NCBI GenBank assembly: GCA_003221005.1 | Contig: QHTZ01000018.1 | Span: 1 to 13,255 of the forward strand | Origin: Gemmatimonadota bacterium | GTDB taxonomy: Bacteria > Gemmatimonadota > Gemmatimonadetes > Gemmatimonadales > GWC2-71-9 | Length of the DNA stretch: 13,255 nucleotides | Direction: 5' to 3' | Part shown: positions 1 through 6,818 of the stretch, piece by piece | How the letters are laid out: each line of letters begins with the position of its first letter | Numbering within the stretch: position 1 is the first letter of the stretch | Position numbers and translations under genes: made by a program | The notes under the pieces: model-generated | Seen by the model: the letters and a program-made list of their open reading frames with translations, nothing else | Told to the model about the DNA's origin: nothing | The model's database searches: none

Positions 1-705
1 TCGGCCCTGGGACAGGTGCTCGTGGTGCGCCAGCTGAAGGTGGACAGCGCCCGGTTCGTGGGGGGCCAGGGAAGCCTTCCGATCCGCTTCACGGTGACGA
101 GCCCCGCCCGGGTCCGCACGCGGGCGGTGAGCGGCGCCGCCTCGCTGCTCGTCGACTCCGCGGTGGTGACGGGGACCGTGAACGTGCGCTGGCCGGCACG
201 CTTGCCGAACGGGGATCCCGTTCCCGCCGGCGACTGGCTGATCGTCGTGGACGCGACCGCGGGGCAGAACAGCTTCTCGGCATCGCAGCCCGTGCGCATC
301 GTCCACGGCACCGTCGATACGTTGCCCCACCTGACCAGCCTCCCCGGGTACCAGGAGCTCCCCGAGACCGAGATCGCGCCCCAGAGCTGGCGGCCGGTGG
401 GGCTCGCCTTCCTTTATACTGGGGGCGCGCTCGTCGGCACGCTCGGCCTCGAGAGCGCGAGCCTCGGGTCCAGCTCGAAGCGCGAGCTGGGCATCGTGGG
501 AGGCGCGGCGCTGGTCACGGGGTTCGTGATGATGCTGCGCAAGCCCGCGGCCCGGCCGGCCCAGGGGAACATCCTCTACAACAAGCTGCTGCACGAGCAG
601 ATCGTGCGGCGCAACCAGGACATCGCGAAGGAGAACGTCACGCGGCGCCAGCAGGTGCAGCTCACCATCGCCCCGCTGTCGAAGCCGTCGGGGGCCGGGC
701 GGTGA
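1..705 (+). CDS. Hypothetical protein, 5'-truncated; possible FlgD-Ig-like segment followed by two hydrophobic helices and a C-terminal amphipathic helix
   Basis: Frame is open from base 1 (no stop before GTG16), so the true start probably lies upstream of the window. VRWPARLPNGDPVPAGDWLIVVDA resembles the W-x-G..G..VP.G.Y pattern of FlgD-type Ig domains (inference). Hydrophobic segments: VGLAFLYTGGALVGTLGL and LGIVGGAALVTGFVMML. Stop TGA overlaps the next GTG (GTGA, 702-705). Confidence 0.7.
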   Translation, partial: SALGQVLVVRQLKVDSARFVGGQGSLPIRFTVTSPARVRTRAVSGAASLLVDSAVVTGTVNVRWPARLPNGDPVPAGDWLIVVDATAGQNSFSASQPVRIVHGTVDTLPHLTSLPGYQELPETEIAPQSWRPVGLAFLYTGGALVGTLGLESASLGSSSKRELGIVGGAALVTGFVMMLRKPAARPAQGNILYNKLLHEQIVRRNQDIAKENVTRRQQVQLTIAPLSKPSGAGR

Positions 706-1358
706 GGGGGACGGGGGGACGCGCGGCCCTCGTCGTCCTGGCCCTGGCGCTCGGCGCGCGGCCGGCGCTCGCCCAGCAGGTCACGCTCGGGCCCCAATTC
801 GTGCTTGCGAGCTACCGCGAAGTGACGTCGGGGCTGCGTTATCAGGGCACGGGCATCGGCGGCGCCCTGTCAGCGCGGTATCGCCGGTTCAGCGCCGCGG
901 CGGCGGTGTCACGAGTGAGCTTCGATCCCACCAGCGGGAGCAGTGCCGATACAGGCTTCACGGCCACGCAGGTGGACGCGTGGCTCGCCTACGATGTTGC
1001 GGCCTACGCCAGCCTCGAGGCGGGAATTACCCACCGCGGCGCGGATCCCGAGTTCGACGCGCAGTCGGTGGGCGCGGTACGTGTGGGCGCGCGCGCGTTC
1101 AGCGAGATCGGGGCCGGGGCGACGATGTCGTTCCGGGCCGATTACCTCGCGGCGCCGCACTTCTCGGGCGGCGGCCGCGCCCCGGTCTCGATCGACCTGG
1201 GGCTCGAGCTGGACGTGCGGCTCGCCGGCCGCCTACACGGCACCGCCGGCTACGAGTTTCAGCGCATCGATCGCAAGACCAACCCGGGCGGGACCGGGGA
1301 GATCGACGCACCGATCGAGCAGAGCCTGGCGCGAGCGGGACTGACGGTGGCCTTCTAG
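702..1358 (+). CDS. Putative small outer-membrane beta-barrel protein
   Basis: Sec signal peptide (MRGTGGRAALVVLALALGARPALA/QQ), alternating amphipathic beta-strands, and C-terminal ARAGLTVAF ending in Phe (BAM-type signal). Start overlaps the upstream stop. Confidence 0.7.
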   Translation: MRGTGGRAALVVLALALGARPALAQQVTLGPQFVLASYREVTSGLRYQGTGIGGALSARYRRFSAAAAVSRVSFDPTSGSSADTGFTATQVDAWLAYDVAAYASLEAGITHRGADPEFDAQSVGAVRVGARAFSEIGAGATMSFRADYLAAPHFSGGGRAPVSIDLGLELDVRLAGRLHGTAGYEFQRIDRKTNPGGTGEIDAPIEQSLARAGLTVAF

Positions 1359-1371
1359 GGGGCCGTTCGAT

Positions 1372-2514
1372 TCAGAAGTGATCGTCGTCCACGCGGGGCG
1401 GCGCGCGGCGCGGTGGCTGCAACGGGCGCTCCCATCTGCTCGTCTGCCAGTTGTCCGGGCGCTCGACCGCCCGCATCCACGGCGGCAGGGTCACCGCCAG
1501 ATAGCGCGCCAGCTCGGCGACATACGGCTCGTACATCCGTCGCAGCTCCGCCAGCCGCTGCCCCGCGGCGTCGTCCGCCTCGTCGCGGAGGCGCACGCCG
1601 CCCTCCGCCAGGCGCGCCCGCAACCGCGCCAGGTCGGGGTCCGTGAGCCGTGGCTGCAGAGCCTCGCGGGGCGGCGTGTCGAAGACCTGGGCCAGGTCCA
1701 CGACGGCGTGCCGGGCCATGGCGAACGTCAGCGCCGCCTGGCGGGCGCACCCGCCTTCCAGACCCACCATCACCATGGCGCTCGAGTCGAGGATCGTCGT
1801 CAGCGCGCCGAGCCACGACTGGTTGTAGTGCTGAGACCGGAAGTACGCGAGCGGAGGATAGGAGAGATGGCTCTCGAGCACGTCGGCGGCCCAGCGCTCC
1901 CAGTCCTGCAACAAGGCCGCCAGCGCGTCGCCGTTCTTGTCCCAGCGATAGCGCCACAACAGCTCGCCCGCCGTGGGCGGCGAGCCAGCCCGCGCGTCGA
2001 GCAGCGAGATCGCCACCTCGCGGCGCGAGAAGGCCTGGTAGATAACGGGGAAATAGCCGATCACGGCGGCCAGGAACGCGAAGCCCGTGCCCGCTTCGAT
2101 CACGGTGATGGCCTTGGCGAGGCCGGTCCGCGGCGCGACGTCGCCCAGCCCCAGGGTGAAGAACGTGGTGCCGCTCATGTACACATCGGTCCAGAACCCG
2201 GGTCCGCCCCCCGTCATGATCAGGGCCGAGCCGGCGGCCCATTGCAGCATCCCGAAGGCGAGGACGATGCCGGTCGCCCACAAGCCGAGCAGCAGGATCA
2301 GCGACAACGGGCCGTAGAAGCTGAGGAACGCGTCGCGCGGCCGCCGCGGCAGCAGCAGGGCGGTGACACGCCAGGGGTGCCACGTGGCACTGTAGAAGAG
2401 CTTCGTGAGCCGGATGCGGCCGCTCACCCGCCGCGGCAGGATAATCGTCTCGAAGGCGTCCCACAGCACGGTCGCGAGCAGGATCGCTCCGGCGACGCCG
2501 ATGATCGATCTCAT
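1372..2514 (-). CDS. Potassium channel family protein (Ion_trans_2-like pore), 380 aa
   Basis: Pore helix and filter motif FWTDVYMSGTTFFTLGLGDVAP flanked by TM helices, plus an N-terminal TM helix. Start reassigned to ATG 2514 (MRSIIGVAG), which overlaps the decarboxylase stop (ATGA). The longer ORF-track start at 2856 lies inside the upstream gene. Confidence 0.85.
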   Translation of the reverse strand: MRSIIGVAGAILLATVLWDAFETIILPRRVSGRIRLTKLFYSATWHPWRVTALLLPRRPRDAFLSFYGPLSLILLLGLWATGIVLAFGMLQWAAGSALIMTGGGPGFWTDVYMSGTTFFTLGLGDVAPRTGLAKAITVIEAGTGFAFLAAVIGYFPVIYQAFSRREVAISLLDARAGSPPTAGELLWRYRWDKNGDALAALLQDWERWAADVLESHLSYPPLAYFRSQHYNQSWLGALTTILDSSAMVMVGLEGGCARQAALTFAMARHAVVDLAQVFDTPPREALQPRLTDPDLARLRARLAEGGVRLRDEADDAAGQRLAELRRMYEPYVAELARYLAVTLPPWMRAVERPDNWQTSRWERPLQPPRRAPPRVDDDHF

Positions 2515-3932
2515 GCAGCCGCCGCGCCGGCCCGGTCCCGGATCAGCTGCCAGGCGCCCGCCACGTGCCGCCGCTCGGTGAACGTTCCCCCGATCGCCAG
2601 GCGGAGCACCAGCCGGCCGTCGAGGCGGGCATGCGTCAGATAAAGGCTGCCCGAGCCGTTCAGCTCGTCGAGCAGACGCTGGTTCGCGGGGTCGCCCCCG
2701 ACGTGGCGGAAGCAGACCAGGTTCAGGGGCACAGGCGCCGCCAGCTCGAAGCGGTCGTCCGCGGCCACCCAACCGGCGAATTCCTGGGCGAGGGCCACGT
2801 GCCGCCGGATGTGGGCGCGCAGTCCCTCGGCGCCGTACTGCCGGATCACGAACCACAGCTTCAGGGCGCGAAAGCGGCGCCCCAACGGCACTTGCCAGTC
2901 GCGGTAGTCGAACACGGTCCCCGACTCGGTGGCCGGGTTCCGCAGGTACTCGGGGGTGACGCTGAAGGTCGAGATCAGCGCCGCCCGGTCTGCCACGTAG
3001 AAGCAGTCACAGTCGAAGTTCGTGAGCATCCACTTATGGGGGTTGAAGCAATAGCTGTCGGCGTGCTCCACGCCGGCGTGGATCCAGCGGAGCTCGGGAC
3101 AGAGCGCGGCGCTCCCCGCGTGCGCGGCGTCCACGTGCAGCCACACGCCGTAGCGACGGCAGACCTCGGCGATCGCGGGCACGGGGTCGATGGCGGTGGA
3201 CGCCGTCGTGCCCACGGTGGCGCACACGAAGCACGGCGTGCGTCCGGCGCGCCGATCCGCGGCGATGGCCCGCTCCAGCGCGTCCGGGCGCATCGCCTGC
3301 GCGGCGTCCACCTCGATGGGCCGCAGGTTGCGCCGGCCGATGCCGGCGATCCCCGCCGCCTTTTCGAGGGAGGAGTGGGCCTGGGTGGACGTGTAGGCGG
3401 TGAGCGCGCGGTCCACGCCCGTCTCGTTGGTCTGGAAGCCGGTGGCGCGCTCGCGCGCGGCGAGCAGCGCGCACAGCGAGGCGCTCGAGGCCGTGTCCTG
3501 GATGACCCCGCCCCCCGCCCCGGCTCCGTCCGACTTGAACCGGTCGGGGAGGTCGAGCAGGTCCACCAGCCAGTCGAGCACGTGCGTCTCGAGCTCGGTG
3601 CAGGCTGGGCTCGTCGCCCACAGCATTCCCTGCACGCCGAGCCCCGAGGAGACGAGATCGCCGAGGATCGCGGGGGGCGACGCGTTCGCCGGGAAGTAGG
3701 CGAAGAAGTTGGGGGACTGCCAGTGCGTGATGCCCGGCAGGATCACGTCGTCCAGGTCCTGGAGGATCGCGTCGAACGGCTCGCCGCGCTCGGGCGCGCG
3801 TGGCGGCAGGCGCCGGCGGATCTCTCCCGGGGCGACGCGGGAGAGGACGGGGTGCCGCTCGATCGTTTCGAGGTAGTGCGCGATCCAGTCGATCGTGCGG
3901 CGGCCGGCGTGGCGGAATTGCTCGGGGGTCAT
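2511..3932 (-). CDS. ddc: PLP-dependent group II decarboxylase, aromatic-L-amino-acid (DOPA/tyrosine/tryptophan) decarboxylase family, 473 aa
   Basis: Family motifs PGITHWQSPNFFAYFP, WATSPACTELE, WLHVDAAHAG, DSYCFNPHKW (PLP lysine) and DYRDWQVPLGRRFRALKLWFV. Start placed at ATG 3932 (MTPEQFR, a typical N-terminus); the extension to 4118 runs through the att site and hairpins. Substrate is not determinable from sequence. Confidence 0.92.
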   Translation of the reverse strand: MTPEQFRHAGRRTIDWIAHYLETIERHPVLSRVAPGEIRRRLPPRAPERGEPFDAILQDLDDVILPGITHWQSPNFFAYFPANASPPAILGDLVSSGLGVQGMLWATSPACTELETHVLDWLVDLLDLPDRFKSDGAGAGGGVIQDTASSASLCALLAARERATGFQTNETGVDRALTAYTSTQAHSSLEKAAGIAGIGRRNLRPIEVDAAQAMRPDALERAIAADRRAGRTPCFVCATVGTTASTAIDPVPAIAEVCRRYGVWLHVDAAHAGSAALCPELRWIHAGVEHADSYCFNPHKWMLTNFDCDCFYVADRAALISTFSVTPEYLRNPATESGTVFDYRDWQVPLGRRFRALKLWFVIRQYGAEGLRAHIRRHVALAQEFAGWVAADDRFELAAPVPLNLVCFRHVGGDPANQRLLDELNGSGSLYLTHARLDGRLVLRLAIGGTFTERRHVAGAWQLIRDRAGAAAA

Positions 3933-4002
3933 CGGTCGGGGTCCGAGAGCACGGGCCCAGACATTAGCCGCTCGGTCCTTGTGGACGCAACGGCGAAGAG
4001 TT

Positions 4003-4040
4003 CGAAGCCCCGCCATCGACAAATGCATGGCGGGGCTTCG
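4003..4040 (-). terminator. GC-rich hairpin just downstream of the displaced tRNA 3' end; probable original terminator/processing stem of the tRNA operon
   Basis: Perfect 14-bp stem CGAAGCCCCGCCAT (4003-4016) / ATGGCGGGGCTTCG (4027-4040) with a 10-nt loop, 11 nt beyond the att repeat. The U-tract is weak (AACUCUU), so intrinsic termination is uncertain. Confidence 0.5.
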
Positions 4041-4051
4041 CGTGACTCTGT

Positions 4052-4096
4052 ATGCGCCAGGCGGGATTCGAACCCACGACCTTCGGCTCCGGAGGC
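4052..4096 (-). repeat. att direct repeat, distal copy: 3' part of tRNA-Arg(CCG), from the anticodon arm to the discriminator
   Basis: ATGCGCCAGGCGGGATTCGAACCCACGACCTTCGGCTCCGGAGGC is identical (45/45) to 12479-12523. It lacks the D-arm and the 5' acceptor strand, so it is not a functional tRNA. Confidence 0.95.
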
Positions 4097-4097
4097 A

Positions 4098-4131
4098 ACA
4101 CCGGCCAGCGACCACCAACGCTGGCCGGTGT
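4098..4131. repeat. Perfect inverted repeat immediately inside the left att site
   Basis: ACACCGGCCAGCG (4098-4110), 8-nt loop, CGCTGGCCGGTGT (4119-4131): a 13-bp stem. Confidence 0.85.
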
Positions 4132-4185
4132 CGTCTCAGGCACTTACGCCGACTCTGCGCCAGCCAGCGTCGGCTCGCGACGCCC

Positions 4186-4209
4186 CCGTTGTTACCACCG
4201 TTGTTACCA
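4186..4209 (+). repeat. Tandem 12-mer, candidate integrase arm-type sites (left)
   Basis: CCGTTGTTACCA twice, exact. A related pair lies at 12443-12466. The arm-site function is inferred from position. Confidence 0.65.
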
Positions 4210-4295
4210 CGCGTCGCTTCTTTATTCGTGTCTTGGCGCAGCGACCCCCGTTACGTGCCTTGCGGGGTCGACTACACGCTCCCGGATCCTCGTCG

Positions 4296-6611
4296 TTATG
4301 GGAGTCCCATCCGGTCCAGCAGTTGCCTGTATCGGGGATCGGCGCGTAGCGGCTTGAGTCGCTCAGAAATCCGGAGTTCCATCCGGGACTCCATGCCCCA
4401 GTGGGCCCGCTCGAGCCAGGCGAAAGCCGCATCGGTGTCGCCTAGGAACGTGTACACCATCGCGATGTAGATCCCTGATCCCTGGGCGTCGGGGCGGCGC
4501 TCGATCTCATCGAGGAGGTGGCGCGCTCGCGCCGGCTTGCCACACAGCAGGTGCACCCCGACGAGGCTTACCAGTATCCTCGTGTTGTCGGGCGCGAGGT
4601 CCTGGGCCCGCCCGATCTCGGTATACGCCTCAGGGCAGCGTCCCACCTGCGCCAGACCCACCGCACGAGTGGCGATTGTCCCCGGGTGCGTCGGATCGCT
4701 CAACATCTTTCGTTCCCCGGGGCGCCCGGCTTTCCCCCTGACGCCGGCGTAGGTCTCGATCATGATCTTCGCGCCTTGCAGCGGCTGGGACAGGGGGTCG
4801 AGCTCCCTGGCCCGGCGAATCTCGCGGACCGCCTCGTCGCGGCGATCCAGCGTCACGAGAAGAATCGCGTACCAGTGGTGGGCGAGCGCGTTGCCGGGTT
4901 CCAGCTCGATCGCTTTGCGGAACTCGGCCTCTGCCTCCGTCCATTTGCCCTGACCGGTGAGAATCCCCGCCAGGGAGGCGTGCGCCTCCGACAGGGTGCT
5001 GTCGAGCCCCAGCGCCCGGGCAGCCATGATCCGAGCGCTGTCCTTGTAGGCGCCGACCGGCGCGTACCCGAGGCCGACAAGCATCCGATAGGTATCGGCC
5101 ATACCGGTGTAGCCGAGTGCGAACTGCGAGTCGCGGGCGATCACCTGTCCGAAGAGCGCGAGCGCCAGCCGCAACCCCGCCGGATTGCGGCTGGCAAACG
5201 CATCACGACCTCTCACGTACAGGGCATAGACCATGGGGTCCACACGGCGGGCCGTGCGCTTTGGTGAGCTGTCGCCCGCCACCGCGATGCCGTGTACCTG
5301 CCGGGCGATCGCCTCGGCAATCTGGCGCTCGAGCGCGAGCATGTCGCTCATGTCGCTCTCGTAGGACTCGGCCCAGAGGTGGCGATCCTTCGGCGCGTGC
5401 ACCAGCTGTGCGTCGACGCGGACCCGTCCTCTCGCGGAGATGACGGTTCCCTCGACCACACCGTCGCAGTTCAGCTCGCGTGCGATCTCTGTGAGCGGCC
5501 TGCGCGCACGCTTGTAGCGCACGACCGATGTCCGCGAGATGACGTTGAGCCCCTCGTATTTGGCGAGCTCCGTGATGATCGCATCCGTGACCCCGTCGGC
5601 GAAATACTCCTGCGCGGAATCGCGCGAGAGGTTCTCGAGCGGCAGAACGGCGAGACAGGAGATTGAGGGCGTGCCGCCAACGCCCCGTCCGTGTGAGAGC
5701 GCCAGGCCACCCGCGACGGCGACGAGAACCGAGACGAACGCGAGACCGACGCGGGTCATGCGCCGCCGGTTGCCGGTGCGGTGCGCCGACTCGGGGGCGG
5801 GCCCAGGTGAGACCGGCGTCGGCACAGGGGCAACCTCGGCTCGCTCGAGAGCCCGTGCCGGCGGGACGGGTTCGCCGCCTCCGCGGGACTGGAGCTCGCC
5901 GACGAGGGCGGTGACCTGTGGATCCGGCGGCGCTTGCAGCTCCTCACGCAGCAGCGTCTTGTGCACGCGCGCCTGCTGGATCGCAGCCGCGGGATCTCCG
6001 CTAGCGGCGAGAGCGCGCATCAGCCTGAGGGTCACGCGCGAGCTGAAGGGATCGTGCGCCGCGAGACGGCGCAACCAGAGCACGGCGCCAGCGAAATCAC
6101 CCGCCGCCTCACGCGCCGTCGCCGTCTCCTCCACGGCCTGCGCGTGGCGGCGCGACAGGCGCGCGCGCTCGTCGTCCAGCCAGCGGCCGAACTCCGGCGC
6201 GGCATCGGAAACGTGGAACCCCTCGAGCAGCGCACCTCGGTAGAGCTCGAGGGCCTCGGCGGCCTTTCCGGCGTCGAGCGCCGCCTCAAACGCAATCGCG
6301 TCGCACCAGACCATCTCCTGGTTGACACCCAATTCCTCGTCGGCGCGACTGACTATCGCTTCGGCGCCGAGCGTGCGCCGGAGGAAATGGACCGCCTGGC
6401 TGAGAGCGTTGCGGGCGCGCGGCTCGTCCTGCTCCGGCCAGAAGAGGGCGAGCAGCTTGTCACGGCGGTGCAGGCCTCGTGGGGTTGCGAGGGCGAGGTA
6501 AACGAGGAGCGCAACGCGTCGGGGTTGGGCAAGGAGCGAGCGAAGCTCGTCTCCTTCCGCACCCTGGAGCTGCAGCGAGCCAAGCGTCCGTAAGCGGATG
6601 GTCGACCCCAT
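4296..6611 (-). CDS. Membrane-anchored transcriptional regulator: SARP-type wHTH + BTAD, TM helix, TolB-N-like domain, TPR repeats (771 aa)
   Basis: N-terminal IRLRTLGSLQL...ALLVYLA...RDKLLALFWPE...ARNALSQAVHFLRRTLG (SARP wHTH); ALELYRGALLEG...WLDDER and LMRALAASGD (BTAD); TM segment VGLAFVSVLVAVAGGLAL; LAVLPLENLS...YFADGVTDAIITEL...VISRTS (TolB-like); TPRs such as AEAEFRKAIELEP and RRARELDPLS. Start reassigned to ATG 6611, with GGAGG at 6616-6620. Confidence 0.88.
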   Translation of the reverse strand: MGSTIRLRTLGSLQLQGAEGDELRSLLAQPRRVALLVYLALATPRGLHRRDKLLALFWPEQDEPRARNALSQAVHFLRRTLGAEAIVSRADEELGVNQEMVWCDAIAFEAALDAGKAAEALELYRGALLEGFHVSDAAPEFGRWLDDERARLSRRHAQAVEETATAREAAGDFAGAVLWLRRLAAHDPFSSRVTLRLMRALAASGDPAAAIQQARVHKTLLREELQAPPDPQVTALVGELQSRGGGEPVPPARALERAEVAPVPTPVSPGPAPESAHRTGNRRRMTRVGLAFVSVLVAVAGGLALSHGRGVGGTPSISCLAVLPLENLSRDSAQEYFADGVTDAIITELAKYEGLNVISRTSVVRYKRARRPLTEIARELNCDGVVEGTVISARGRVRVDAQLVHAPKDRHLWAESYESDMSDMLALERQIAEAIARQVHGIAVAGDSSPKRTARRVDPMVYALYVRGRDAFASRNPAGLRLALALFGQVIARDSQFALGYTGMADTYRMLVGLGYAPVGAYKDSARIMAARALGLDSTLSEAHASLAGILTGQGKWTEAEAEFRKAIELEPGNALAHHWYAILLVTLDRRDEAVREIRRARELDPLSQPLQGAKIMIETYAGVRGKAGRPGERKMLSDPTHPGTIATRAVGLAQVGRCPEAYTEIGRAQDLAPDNTRILVSLVGVHLLCGKPARARHLLDEIERRPDAQGSGIYIAMVYTFLGDTDAAFAWLERAHWGMESRMELRISERLKPLRADPRYRQLLDRMGLP

Positions 6612-6639
6612 CCTGCCTCCCGCGCCGGTGGTTGGGGCC

Positions 6640-6771
6640 CTTACGCGCGCCGTAAGCCGCACGAGAGAGGCAGGTAAGACGACCGACGCAACTTCGACTC
6701 CTAAGGTAACCGCCTTGGACCCGCTCGCAATCGCGGAGGCGTTACGGTCGCCGTATCTCGCTACGCCGTAG
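6640..6771. promoter_or_regulatory. Candidate operator sites in the divergent intergenic region
   Basis: TTACG-CGCGC-CGTAA (6641-6655) and TTACG-GTCGC-CGTAT (6742-6756), plus CTACG-C-CGTAG (6761-6771). CGCCGTA occurs three times. Regulatory function is inferred. Confidence 0.4.
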
Positions 6772-6818
6772 GAAGTTCGCTCTGTCGATACCAAGAGACT
6801 ACTTACTGGGAGGCTCCA

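Noticed and set aside
4052-4096. Possible sixth tRNA gene
   Set aside because: Only the 3' part is present, with no D-arm or 5' acceptor strand. It is the att duplication.
3933-4118. N-terminal extension of the decarboxylase (likewise 2515-2856 for the channel and 6612-6794 for the regulator)
   Set aside because: These extensions cross the att site and hairpins, another gene, or the divergent promoter region. Internal starts match family N-termini, a stop/start overlap or an RBS.
4242-4270. Terminator for the regulator gene (CGACCCC...GGGGTCG)
   Set aside because: Short stem with a large loop and no U-tract on the minus strand; too weak to call.
4097-4295. Integrase pseudogene remnant near an att end (also checked 12360-12478)
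   Set aside because: I could see no tyrosine-recombinase motif (such as HxLRH) in these short gaps. A tblastn or HMM search against integrase profiles would be needed to exclude a highly decayed fragment.
2565-4349. 594-aa plus-strand ORF, and similar long ORFs at 1378-2643, 1355-2464, 7317-8240, 9438-10403, 11480-12373 and 11589-12392
   Set aside because: They are antisense or off-frame shadows of genes with clear family motifs. They have no recognisable domains, many are Arg/Pro/Ala-rich, and such ORFs are expected in high-GC DNA with few stop codons.
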